A DNA stretch of 64,000 bases from Macrostomum lignano (lineage: Eukaryota). The DNA is taken from assembly GCA_002269645.1 (NCBI GenBank), contig NIVC01000280.1:1-64000 (forward strand), read 5' to 3'. The notes below the pieces were generated by a model, which saw only the letters and a list, made by a program, of their open reading frames with translations, did not search any database and had not been told where the DNA came from. The position numbers and the translations under genes are program-made. Of the stretch, positions 35,191 through 64,000 are shown in pieces. Every line of letters begins with the position of its first letter. Within the stretch, counting starts at the first letter, position 1.

Positions 35191-37589
35191 CAGCGTTATA
35201 TTACGAGTACTTAGTGGTATTGTAACTTAATATACTACTTATCTAATGGTAGGATTACATCAGCGCAAGGATGGCCTTGGACGAGTTAAGAGGGAAGCGG
35301 CCCGAGATTCGGAATCGTGAAGCGGGTTATGAGATAAGATACTTTTTAGTTAGTAGTCACTAATCTATTATTTAACGGGTGTATTGTGCCTTTTAGCAAC
35401 TGTCCATGGATGACAGGCTATGGTGCTACAAAATGAATGGGCCTCCAAAGTTGTCGCACGAACGTATGACTCGCTGCCGGAAGTAGAGGCCCGTCGAAGG
35501 GAGGTAAGACAAAATATTCATGCTTTTCTTGTCGCAGAATGCACTAATTAATCATGGAAGCCCGATTCTCCTTTTAGGCCCAGGCTGCATGGGTGAGTGA
35601 GGAGGTACTTTTTTGTGAGGGTAAAATTTATGCTGTCTGTATGAAAATTAAATTATTTGTCTGATCTTTCTTGAAATCTTAGGAGCGCGAGAGGCTGTTG
35701 TTCGCGGGATTTGTAACGAGGTGCTGATACAGCGTTAATATATTTAGTGTGAAACAAGTCTATTAATGTAGACCAGCTTTACTATATGCTGCCACACATT
35801 CCAGGCTGCGGGTGTTCCGTCCGGCGATCGGGATCCGGTACAGCCTATGACGGTCAGTGATACTTGCAAAATTAAGAATATAAAGGCTAAAATCTTATTT
35901 GAAATTCGTGTTACAACAAAAGTTATTAATGCAACCAATTTCAAATTCCGTGTCCGCCATTCGGTCGCGGAAATCCTCGCGGATAGTGATAGATACATTT
36001 CATAATCCTTGGTTTCAGGATGCGGGCCTGTCCAAGCCATTCCGCTCGAGGGGTTGAGTAGTCTTGAGCATACCTTTTGTTGGTACATTGCGGGCAAAGT
36101 TAGAGGAGGCTACTACTTTGGGGCAGGTTCGTTACAGACTGAGGTCTATCTATATACTTGTAAATACATGATTGTGTGTAACTTTGGTTTAGTGCAGGGT
36201 TGTCCGTATGTGCTTGTTTATTCTTTTAGTTTTGTGTGCAGTATAATCCTTAATCCGTTAGTTCCGAGTCGTTTGTTCATTGCAATGGTTTGCTAGCGGG
36301 GGACTGTGTCTCATTATCGGAAAATGACTCGTTTGTTAAGGAATGGAGAGGAGACGGTGATACATTCGGGATTTGAGTTTGCGGTGGTGTGGTTTTTTCT
36401 GCGGTATGTTTGACAGCTTAATTGTATGGGTATACGTGTAACTATGCTATAAATTCCCTCTCATATCGACTTTCCAAGGATCGAAATGCAAGTAACTTGC
36501 TTAGGGACTACGATGCCAGCTGGCCGGGAGGGAGGGGGGAGGGCGGCAGACCGCAGGCGGAACCGCGGTGACTACGTTCGCTGTGCCAACTCCTGTCGGC
36601 CCACGGGGGGCGCTCAGGGGTATTTCTAGTATGACTTAATCAAGTGTTTAGCTTTTATTTTTACTTATTGTATTACGGTAAATTTTATTAGTGAATTCTA
36701 TTTGTGTTTGCTCACTCGTTGTTGTTGTGACTTTTTTCGCCGTCTACTTTTCTACATGTTAACATAGTACGGTAAATTTATTAATGAATGCTTTTTATAT
36801 AATGAATTTGGTTACTTCGTTGTTTTGTCTTCTTTCGCCGTCTACTTTTTGCATGTTACCATCTACTGTAAACTTGCTTGCGCGCTATTATTTCTACGTG
36901 TAAAAATACATGTACAGTACATTGGCCTAGCCGTATTCGTTATTAAAATGTGCGGAGTTATGAGTTATGCCTCAATTATTCTACATGTACTGGGGGGGGG
37001 GGGTAAATGGCGCGATAACGGAGAATTGAGCTTTAAGTTAAATATTAATTTACTGGAAGTGGCATAAGCTGCATACGGCATACGCACCTCCTGCCACCCG
37101 ACCTGACGAGGCTCAAGAATTATTTGAGCAGCTCTCGGTACAGGTGAAGGTAACGGCGCAGCGCGACACAGCGATAATCCTCGTAGACCCGAATGCGGTT
37201 TTGCATAGGTCCGAGCGGTCGCAAAGTGCAGGCTCGCAACTTTTTTGGGTTGCAAGCGCAGGCGGCGGAACGCGCGTGGCCGGAACGCAACACGGAGGCA
37301 GGCACTTTTTTTATTAGAGGCAGGGGGTTGTGTGCACCCTGGCGCACTTTAAGCGACATGGGCGCACAATCGGCGAGAGGCATTGCTGCCCATTCCGCCG
37401 ACTCCCCTGAGCAGGCACACAAGCGCGCGGATACGTACGCAGGCACACACACACAGGAGTGTACAGCGGCCCTAACTTTATATTATCGTTAGGCATGTAC
37501 ACTTCACTGCGCCTTGGGGGGTTGACTCTCAAGGCCGTTAATTGCACGAGCAGAGCCAAGCCGAGATTCCAATTCAGCCCCAAATTGAT

Positions 37590-37662
37590 GTGACTGCACT
37601 TGGAATCGAGCCTGGGTCGCTGGCACACCAGAGCCTGCGCTAGACCGCTGGGCTACGGCCCC
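37590..37662 (-). other. Degenerate tRNA-like (His-GTG-like) sequence, possibly a SINE head
   Basis: A box TAGCCCAGCGG (37655-37645) and B box GGCTCGATTCC (37612-37602) at tRNA spacing; ..CTGG TGTG CCAG CGAC CCAGG.. resembles a shortened His anticodon arm. The cloverleaf is imperfect. Confidence 0.4.
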
Positions 37663-37740
37663 CCTTAGGGGGCAGGCACAGCTCGATCATGTGCTGGTGC
37701 GCTTCTGCGAGCGCCGCCACGTCGTCAATTGCCGCGCCCT

Positions 37741-38100
37741 ATGGATTGCTAGTCTAGCGTATGGATTGCTAGTCTAGCCTATGGATTGCTAGTCTAGCCT
37801 ATGGATTGCTAGTCTAGCCTATTGGATTGCTAGTCTAGCCTATGGATTGCTAGTCTAGCCTATGGATTGCTAGTCTAGCCTATGGATTGCTAGTCTAGCC
37901 TATGGATTGCTAGTCTGGTGGACACCAGTAATGGAACGGAATGGATCGCTAATCGAGTCACTAGAAGTGATCAAACGAAGCCATGTGCCAGTGGCTCACC
38001 GTGGCGCAACTTGAAGAGCATCAAGAGAAACAGGCCGCAGCAGACAACTCGCCACTCGTGACTCCCTCTGCAAGCCATGCTGTGAGTTCGAACAAGAAAG
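37741..38100 (-). repeat. Inverted duplicate of the cadherin exon-1 cassette plus the 20-bp intron satellite
   Basis: 37917-38100 is the reverse complement of 40601-40784 with 3 mismatches in 184 bp. 37741-37916 is ~9 inverted copies of the satellite at 40785-41680. Confidence 0.95.
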
Positions 38101-38824
38101 TGCCGCGCTCTTCGGTCCCATCATCGACTCCTCGTCTGCGACCTTCGTCTTCGCGATCCGCTCTACCGTCCGCGGAAGCAGCCACCGCGGCGCTACTGCC
38201 GCGCGCTCAGGGACGCTAACGCGCACAGCCGCTTTGCTAGCGCTTTCAGCACTGCGCCCGGCGGCAAGCGTGGAGGTGTTGCATAATATTGATCAGTGTG
38301 ATGCGACAAGTAACAAGCTGAATAGTGACAAGCTGCAAGTGTATGTGATTTTCGTTGCACACACGCACTTACAGTTCACTGTGGATTTTTGAACTCCATG
38401 CGAATCACCAATAGCCGAAAAAGTTGCTCCAGTAGCAAGATAGCGTAGAGCGACACTAATCTGCTGCTATGGACTCAGAGCAAAATTGCACCCAGTCGGG
38501 TGCTGCAGACGCTTGCCAATCAGATGACACAGTTCGTCGACATGTTCCTCTCGCAACCGAAACCTCGATTGATGATCATTGTAGTCAATATCAAATTCGA
38601 AATCTATACTTTCGTTGAATGTTCGGGGACGCTTAATTGGCTCCTCCGACGGAATCTTCGGAATCTGACTCGTAGAACATGTTCGCTCAATGGATGTGAT
38701 ATGCTTTTCAACCGATTACAGGCTTGAATAGCTCGTGGTTCACTACTCAAATTGTCACTCTCGAATTTACTATGACACTAGTCAACATTAGATTCTATGC
38801 AACAAACCGCTTGTAGCGCGACTA

Positions 38825-39185
38825 GTCACTATTCACTTGTAGCTTGTCGCCTACTTGTAACTAGTCAAGTCTCTATGCAACACAAGTCACCATTCACTAT
38901 TCACTTGTAGCTTGTCGCCTACTTGTAACTAGTCAAGTCTCTATGCAACACAAGTCACCATTCACTATTCACTTGTAGCTTGTCGCCTACTTGTAACTAG
39001 TCAAGTCTCTATGCAACACAAGTCACCATTCACTATTCACTTGTAGCTTGTCGCCTACTTGTAACTAGTCAAGTCTCTATGCAACACAAGTCACCATTCA
39101 CTATTCACTTGTAGCTTGTCGCCTACTTGTAACTAGTCAAGTCTCTATGCAACACAAGTCACAAGTCACTATTCACTTGTAACTT
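38825..39185. repeat. 68-bp tandem repeat (~5 copies)
   Basis: Unit cactattcacttgtagcttgtcgcctacttgtaactagtcaagtctctatgcaacacaagtcaccatt. Confidence 0.93.
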
Positions 39186-40622
39186 GTAAAATACCATTTA
39201 TCTTAAGTTATGTGTTATACGCATTATACGTTATGGAAGACTTCAGCCGTCATGAATTCTCTGGAAAATTGAAGCCCAGCTATATTGCAAATATATACAT
39301 GTACGCTCGTAAATCAAAACTTTAAATACACACCTATAAATATTTCTAAACAAAAAGGACTTTTGAAATTTGCTAAGCAACTGTGACCAGCTCTTTAGTT
39401 CATCGGTTTCCAAACTTGAAACTTTCGGCCAGCTGAAAATTCCAGTTAAGTTTGCTGTAGGCATTCGCCGAATATGGCAATTTATGACGCATCACCGTCT
39501 TCAGTTCTTTTCTTCGCAGATCAGCAGTTTTACGCCCGTAACATCATTACAAGTAAATTTTTGAAAATTCAGCACAAAGCATTCTCTGCCTTTCTCTCGC
39601 ACTAGCTGGGAGCTTCGTCACTTTCCACTGCGTACGAGTTGTGCAGGGATGCGGTCTTGAAAAGTACATTGGGAAAATACACCAGAATTGGAGAAATTCT
39701 AGCCATGCAGGGAATTGGGAGAACAGATCCTACTGGGACTCCATCAGTGGGGTGCGCAGCCCGAAAGCCAGTCGCAATTTTTGTTGCCAGGGGCGCGGAT
39801 GCGACCCGTGCGCAGACGGCGCCAACGGGGGCCGTTTTTTTTGCATTGGAAAATGCAGCTCCAAGTCAACTATAAAGGGATTTTTGCAATGGGAGAATGG
39901 GAAGAGGAAAAAATTAGCAACTCCCACTCAAAGCCTCGCAAAGGCGGGGAGGAGGCTCCCGGCGGTCCCCAGGGCACTCATATTTCTTCTGCATTTCCTG
40001 TGCCGCCCGCCGCCACAAAGTCCTCCATCGGAGGCCGGGCCCGCCCATGCAGTGTGCCAGGGGCTGGCACTGAATCTCAGCCAATCGTTGGCTCACCTGG
40101 TTGCTCATAAACCCCCCCCACGGCTTTATTGGCAGATTTTCTCTGTTTCTACATGAATGATTTGCATTTGCTGACGCATCCGCTGGGCCAGTTTAGAGTG
40201 AAGAAACAAGTGCAGCAATTCTCTCCCCCCTCTATCTGGTTTCTCTTCTTCTTCAGCCATAAGTTTTCCCGTTTTTCCTGTTAAGCGGCTCTCACACCTC
40301 CACCAATAGCGCCAGCAGTTCCCCAACTGCCCATGCCTACTCATAACGGGATCGTAGTGAGTGTGTCTGTGCGCTGAGCAGGGAGCCCTGAGTTGCCCCC
40401 AGCAACCGCTTTGATGATGGCAGACCGGTGAGGGGGGGGCGAATCCGGTGCTGCGCGCGCTGCGGGAACAAAATGCATGCTAAAATTGACCGGCAACATG
40501 ACTTTCGACAACAATAGGAGGGAGAGCTTGGGCAAAGCTGATCCGCTACGGTTCCGTGAGAGTCAGGTGCTCAGGCTTCACCTTCACCTTCTGGCCAGCT
40601 CTTTCTTGTTCGAACTCACAGC

Positions 40623-58212
<17,590 letters not shown>

Positions 58213-58789
58213 ATCTCCAACCGAAAAGGATGTCTGCGCATTGCTGATTTAATCAAGGATGGGGCGCGGCTGCGACTGCTTTTTTCCTTCCTGCTTTTGG
58301 ATCTTCCTAAATTAGACATTATATTGTAGAAAACACTTGTCAGAGTTTAATAATATTTTTTCAGTCATTTACTTTGGATTGATGAAAGTCTTATTAGATT
58401 ACAAGGATAGACAACAGATGAGTTCAAGCTCTTTCTTCTCCTCCCTGTTTTTAAGGCGTCATATTGCTGCGCTGTTCTGATTCCCATATCTGCTGGCGGG
58501 ACAAAATTCCCATCTCGCTGCGCTCCCAGCATTCAAAAGCATGGCGCTCGAGCTGTCTCCCAAATACCGTGTGTATTTTTTTCAATCTGAGGAAATTAAA
58601 TAGCTTAATCCGCTTTTCCTGTTTGAAGTGCCTGAAAGAATTCCGCTGTCCCTATAATATAGGGCACTCGCACATGTATTGTAAAATATATACGGACAGA
58701 AACTCGTACAGCGCTTCTCTGTGGTAGAATAACTTTTCTGTTCGAAAAAATAAAGTGTGAATTTGACAGTACATTGACAACGAACGGGA

Positions 58790-59935
58790 CAAGATGGACA
58801 GTGGACAGAAAAATGCACAGACAGTGTACAGGACAGTGGACAGAACGGGATACAGTGGACAGGACAAGACACAGTGGACAGGACAAGATACAGTGGACAG
58901 GACAGGATACAGTGGACAGGACAAGACACAGTGGAAAGGACAAGACACAACCAGTGGACAGGACAAGACACAGACAGTGGACAGGACAAGACAAAACCAG
59001 TGGACAGGACAAGACACAGACAGTGGACAGGACAAGACACAGACAGTGGACAGGGCAAGACACAACCAGTGGACAGGACAAGACACAGACAGTGGAAAGG
59101 ACAAGACAAAGACAGTGGACAGGGCAAGACACAGACAGTGGACAGGGCAAGACACAGACAGTGGATAGGACAAGACACAGACAGGAAACAGGACAAGACA
59201 CAGACAGGGGACAGGGCAAGACACAGACAGGGGACAGGACAAGACACAACCAGTGGACAGGACAAGACACAGACAGGAAACAGGACAAGACACAGTGGAC
59301 AGGACAAGACACAGTGGACAGGACAAGACACAGACAGGAAACAGGACAAGACACAGTGGACAGGACAAGACACAGTGGACAGGACAAGACACAGTGGACA
59401 GGACAAGACACAGTGGACAGGACAAGACACAGTGGACAGGACAAGACACAGTGGACAGGACAAGACACAGTGGACAGGACAAGACACAGACAGGAAACAG
59501 GACAAGAAACAGTGGACAGGACAAGACACAGACAGGAAACAGGACAAGAAACAGTGGACAGGACAAGACACAGACAGGAAACAGGACAAGACACAGTGGA
59601 CAGGGCAAGACACGGACAGTGGACAGGACAAGACACGGACAGTGGACAGGACAAGACACACACAGTGGACAGGACAAGACACACAGTGGACAGGACAAGA
59701 CACAGACAGGAAACAGGACAAGACACAGTGGACAGGACAAGACACAGTGGACAGGACAAGACACAGACAGGAAACAGGACAAGACACAGACAGAAAACAG
59801 GACAAGACACAGACAGGAAACAGGACAAGACACAGTGGACAGGACAAGACACAGACAGGAAACAGGACAAGACACAGTGGACAGGACAAGACACAGACAG
59901 TGGACAGGACAAGACACAGACAGGAAACAGGACAA
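58790..59935. repeat. ~21-bp purine-rich minisatellite
   Basis: Unit ~acagtggacaggacaagacac; accounts for the ORFs 58582-60089. Confidence 0.96.
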
Positions 59936-62414
59936 GAGGGAGATATACCCGAGCAGCACAAGAATATCAAGGACAGGCAATGAGATAAAACGGAATCGAT
60001 ATCAGAGCAGTCCCCAAGAGACTGATCAGTTGGCTAAGAGAGACAAAGTCCACGCCAATCTGAAGTCCGAATCTCCTACGGCCTCTTAGACAGACGGGCC
60101 TCTGAAACTCGAATAGTCGAGTTGAACACGGGAGCAAAAGCCAGTGTCAGACAATCGCTTCAGTGTCTCGTCAAACGATTGCCTCAATCAATGGGATTCT
60201 GTGCCTAACAGCCCTCTCGTTTCCAGCAGCTCTCCTTTGGCCAGGCCGCATGCCAGAAGAGATTTTCTGCACGCCTCTCCTTTGCCTGAAAATCGATGTT
60301 TCCGTAAAAGCTCAAAATGGCTCAGTCTCCGTGTCTTGTCTCGCTTGTATGCTTGTTTTGCCCAAATATGAGACGATGTCTCAGCAAATTCCATCTGTGC
60401 TGCATCCCGCTACCCTTCTCCTGTCTATCAGCAGTCGCAGCCACCGATTATTGCAGAAGCTTCCCAGCCTCAGAGCTCTTTTTGCTGATGGAGCTGCAAC
60501 ATGACCAATTTAAACACCTGCAGGTTCCGCTGCAGAACTGCCCGATCCGTGGTATACGGAAATGCGGAAAATGTGGCCCCAAACAGAGTTCTTCTCGCAG
60601 CAGAGTTCTATTTTAGGATTTTGCCTGAGGCTACTTTACGGCTGAAATTTTATAGACTCCAATATTTTTGCTCAATGGGTGCGCTGGCGTCCCCTGCGGA
60701 TGCGATAAAAATCTGTCTGGGATCTCAAATGCAGCACAAAGGAGCACTGAGCACTCCTTGCGCTGAGCACTCTGAGGCTGCGGACTAATCTTCTGCCTGA
60801 GACTTGAGCATAGGCTGATCAGGTTCTGCAGCAGTCATCTGGCCCGTGCGCTCTTTATTTATCATCCAGACGTTCAATTTCTAAATTAAATACTTCGTTT
60901 TAATGTTTTTAGACCTAAAATTGCACTTAACGAACTTGAAAATTGACTGACACTCGGAATGCAATTATGAGAAATGATTTGGAAAGACTGCCGAACAACT
61001 GAAGAAGGTGAGCAGGAAAAACAAGGCATTGAAAAACAGCTATTAAGTAGGCGGATAATTTATAATCATAAAAGGAGATGCGATGACAGATTGACCGCAT
61101 GAATGAAATCTGAACGAACTCAATAATTAGGCAGCAGAACAGGCACCCTGTAATCTCATCAGCCAGAACAATGGCGGTAATGAGAAAAGATTTCGTTAGC
61201 TTGGCTAATTGCAATGAGTGGTTGACAGCCCTCGCTTTTTGTTGAAAGTCAAAAGATCAAAGAGAGCACCGTAGCTGGAGTACAAATAAATCAACTGGAT
61301 AAAACTTACCCCAGTGCTGACTGATTGCTGTTGCTCTCCTTGGCCAAGGGCCTAAGCCCTAGGACGATGCAACATTCACTACTCTCACTACTCACTACTC
61401 AATTATTTGGGATGATTTCAAGGTGATAGGAACAAACGCTTGGCTGAACCGAAGGTCCCCGCGTGCGGTGGGAGATAATTGGAGCTTTACTGAGCATACT
61501 GACCCGTGTTGGTGCGCAAGTCTTCGGTAGACAAGCAGTCATTGCGGGCCCGAACCTCCTGAGGCCTCAGCAGCCTGTTCTCTATTAGAGAAACATGTGC
61601 GAAATCCCCAAAATGACACCGCTAGGAATTTGAGGCGGTAACGAGGGACTAATTTGAACCAGGACTGGCGACTTTTTCAAGCCAAGAAAAGTTATTCGGG
61701 TCAGGTGGAGCAGCCGCAGGAAAGTACTTATATTAGCTGAATCGAAATCAATTTTAGCTATTTTATTACTCACATGCAGCAGGCCAGACTGCTTCCCAAG
61801 CTGTGAGATTCTTTTATCCCTTGTCTAACTCCGCTAACTTTATTACAGTGAACTCTCTTAGCACTATTCAGCGAGTCTAGGATAGGTTTCTGAGATCCCT
61901 ACCAGCTGCTGCACAGACTCGTAATTAGGCCTTTGTAGTGCCGCCCGGGACCAGGATTCCACTGCTCCTGTCTGTTTATCCAGCAGACTTCGCTGTGATA
62001 CCTCTATAGCGTACTAATTGAATGCATTAGGAGCCAACGCCAGTTTCCTACGGAGAGATCCTTATTACCAAGCCATGCCCTGCTCAGCTCAGACACGCGG
62101 CACACAAATGAGCAGAAATGAAAGAGAATAAGAACCGGGAAGCAAATATGAAGTAAAGCAATTTTCTGCGTCGCCGTAGGGCAAGTGCTGATAAGTTATA
62201 TTTCCGAGTATATACTGCATCTGTTGGTCCGCAGACTGTGCAGTAGAATGAGATTGTGCGCAAAGTATATTTGCAGTCTGCGCAAAACAAATAGTTCCAC
62301 CAGCCTACTTGCATTATATAGCAAATTCTACACAACATTGGTTACCATGCATATCAGACAGAAACCGAGCTCGCATGACTATATTTTGCAAAGGATAGCT
62401 ACAACAGCGATACT

Positions 62415-63642
62415 TCAGTTTGCACTGATCATCAGTTCAGTGTCGGCAGGATCCAAACGGTCACTGCTCCAAGACTTCAACAATTGCAGCTTTAAAATCT
62501 GACTGCAGCGAAGGGGGCAGCGGCTTCGTCTGAGCCGGCTGCAGAGGCGGCCGTTGCTGCAGCGGGGCGCTGGGCCGATGCAGTGTCCGTCCGGTGGATC
62601 GGCAGAAGGCGGCCCCGCCGCTGCCGCCGAGTCCACGCCGCGCTGAAAGATCTGGCAGAAATTCTTGCGAAAATTCTCCGAGCTGAAAAAGTACACGAAC
62701 CCGTTGATGCCGTTGTTTAGCGAGGCGAGCATTACGAACAGCAGGCCGGCTGTGTAGGCCTGTTCGCGCATGTTGGATTTCCAACTGTACGTTGCCTCAA
62801 GAATCTCAAAGACGCACTGCGGCATGGTGAGCAGGATGTGTATGATGCACACGGGCACCAGGAGGCGATTCACGTGCGTGCCCGTGGTGGTCGCGGCTGA
62901 AGTCGCGTTGAAGCGCTGCTGCTTTTGTGGCAGAGCGACCTGCGCTGCTGCAGGTTCTGAGCTTGATGGTGGCATCCGCTGGATATCGACATCTGCTGCC
63001 GGCCGCGGGTTGGCTCTGGCGATGATGCGGATGAGTGTCACGTTGAAGACGGTCAGCAGCAGGAAGGGCAGCAGGCTGTACAAGCTCAGCGTCGTGATGA
63101 AGAACGCGAGGCGGAATTTATTATCGTTGCTGTCGCACCTGTCAACTCTGATACCGTCGTTGTAGCGAATAACGCTCAGCTTGAATATGATGACACGTTT
63201 CTTGCGAGCAGGATCAGCATTGAGCAGGACCACACCGCCAGCTTGAGTCTTCGGCGGTAGTACAGACTGGACTTGTGCGGCCATTTGGCGAACAAGAACC
63301 GTTTCAAGAGTCATCAGCACGAGTATCCAAGTAGCCGCCTCCTTGAGGAAGTAGTGTGGGAAGGTGTGCACAACGCAGAGAAAATCGCTCTCAAGCCTGA
63401 TGTCCGCTTCGACTGGGTGGCCAGCATGATGAAGTAGCGGATGGGGTTCACAGCCACGCAGGTGTCGGCCACCGCAGCAGGGTGAAGACATCGCGGGACT
63501 TGGACATGCTTCGAGTTCGCCGCATCACAACAATGACCATTATGTTGGACAGGCAGCCTATCAGCATCAGAGTGGGATAGTAGGCCATGCCGAACACTCG
63601 AATTTGCCACGGCAGGCTCCCATTCGCGCTCGAATTGCTCAT
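62415..63642 (-). CDS. Intronless rhodopsin-class (FMRFamide/peptide-receptor-like) GPCR with four apparent frameshifts (pseudogene or assembly errors)
   Basis: TM1 YYPTLMLIGCLSNIMVIVVM; TM2 LAVADTC; TM3 FLCVVHTFPHYFLKEAATWILVLMTL(ERF); TM5 LYSLLPFLLLTVFNVTLI; TM6 RLLVPVCIIHILLTMPQCV; TM7 LASLNNGINGFVYFFSSENFRKNF. Confidence 0.8.
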
Positions 63643-64000
63643 GCGAAGCTTTTTTTTGCCTTAGTTACCTGCAGTGAGAGCAATAAGGGACTATTATATC
63701 TGTCGCTGTCTCTCTCGAAAAGCGTTTGCCGAGAGGGTTTGTCTGAATTTTTGAACGAAAAAAGCGCGTTTTAAACAGTTTGGCCTCCCCCCCGCCGGAA
63801 CTCAACTGTAATCGCTCACCTCTCCGTCCCTGCAGCAGCTTCGCCAACCCCAAGCCGGGCCAGCTCGATTGCCACTGGCTCTCCTCAGGCAAAGGAGGGA
63901 CGGCGTCTAAACCATCCAGCGAATGGACGCCGTTCTCGGCGGTTAGCAGGGGCGAAAGGAAAATTGTCAGTTGCGAGGGCGTCTGCAGGGAACGGATTAG

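Noticed and set aside
59990-60089. Alternative last exon of the cadherin (SSPQETDQ..SPTAS*)
   Set aside because: Poor polypyrimidine tract; a better terminal exon with a stop exists at 58107-58212.

Overview
Eukaryotic (metazoan) genomic DNA with GC-rich exons and introns almost wholly filled by private micro/minisatellites. This style resembles the flatworm Macrostomum, which is an inference only. Host genes reconstructed from splice sites: (1) an 11-exon KIF26/kinesin-11-like gene (-, 2659-12803) with a dead P-loop; (2) a small single-pass membrane protein (-, 13936-15541); (3) an STKLD1-like kinase-ARM gene (-, 20421-24221), head-to-head with (4) a divergent CDC50/TMEM30 gene (+, 24617-25909); (5) a 12-exon cadherin with a Thr/Ser mucin stalk (+, 40623-58212); (6) a frameshifted intronless rhodopsin-class peptide GPCR (-, 62415-63642). 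Mobile DNA: a decayed Polinton/Maverick-type protein-primed PolB plus a dUTPase (-, about 28955-34260). A DD34D mariner (30120-32178) interrupts that PolB and itself carries a 1071-bp solo LTR (30410-31480). A very young full-length Ty3/gypsy element (42778-47719) has identical 194-bp LTRs, a tRNA-Leu PBS and a G_GGA_AAC -1 frameshift signal with a pseudoknot. A ~98% identical inverted duplicate of the cadherin's signal-peptide exon cassette lies at 37741-38100. Several isolated 1-bp homopolymer indels suggest long-read assembly errors.
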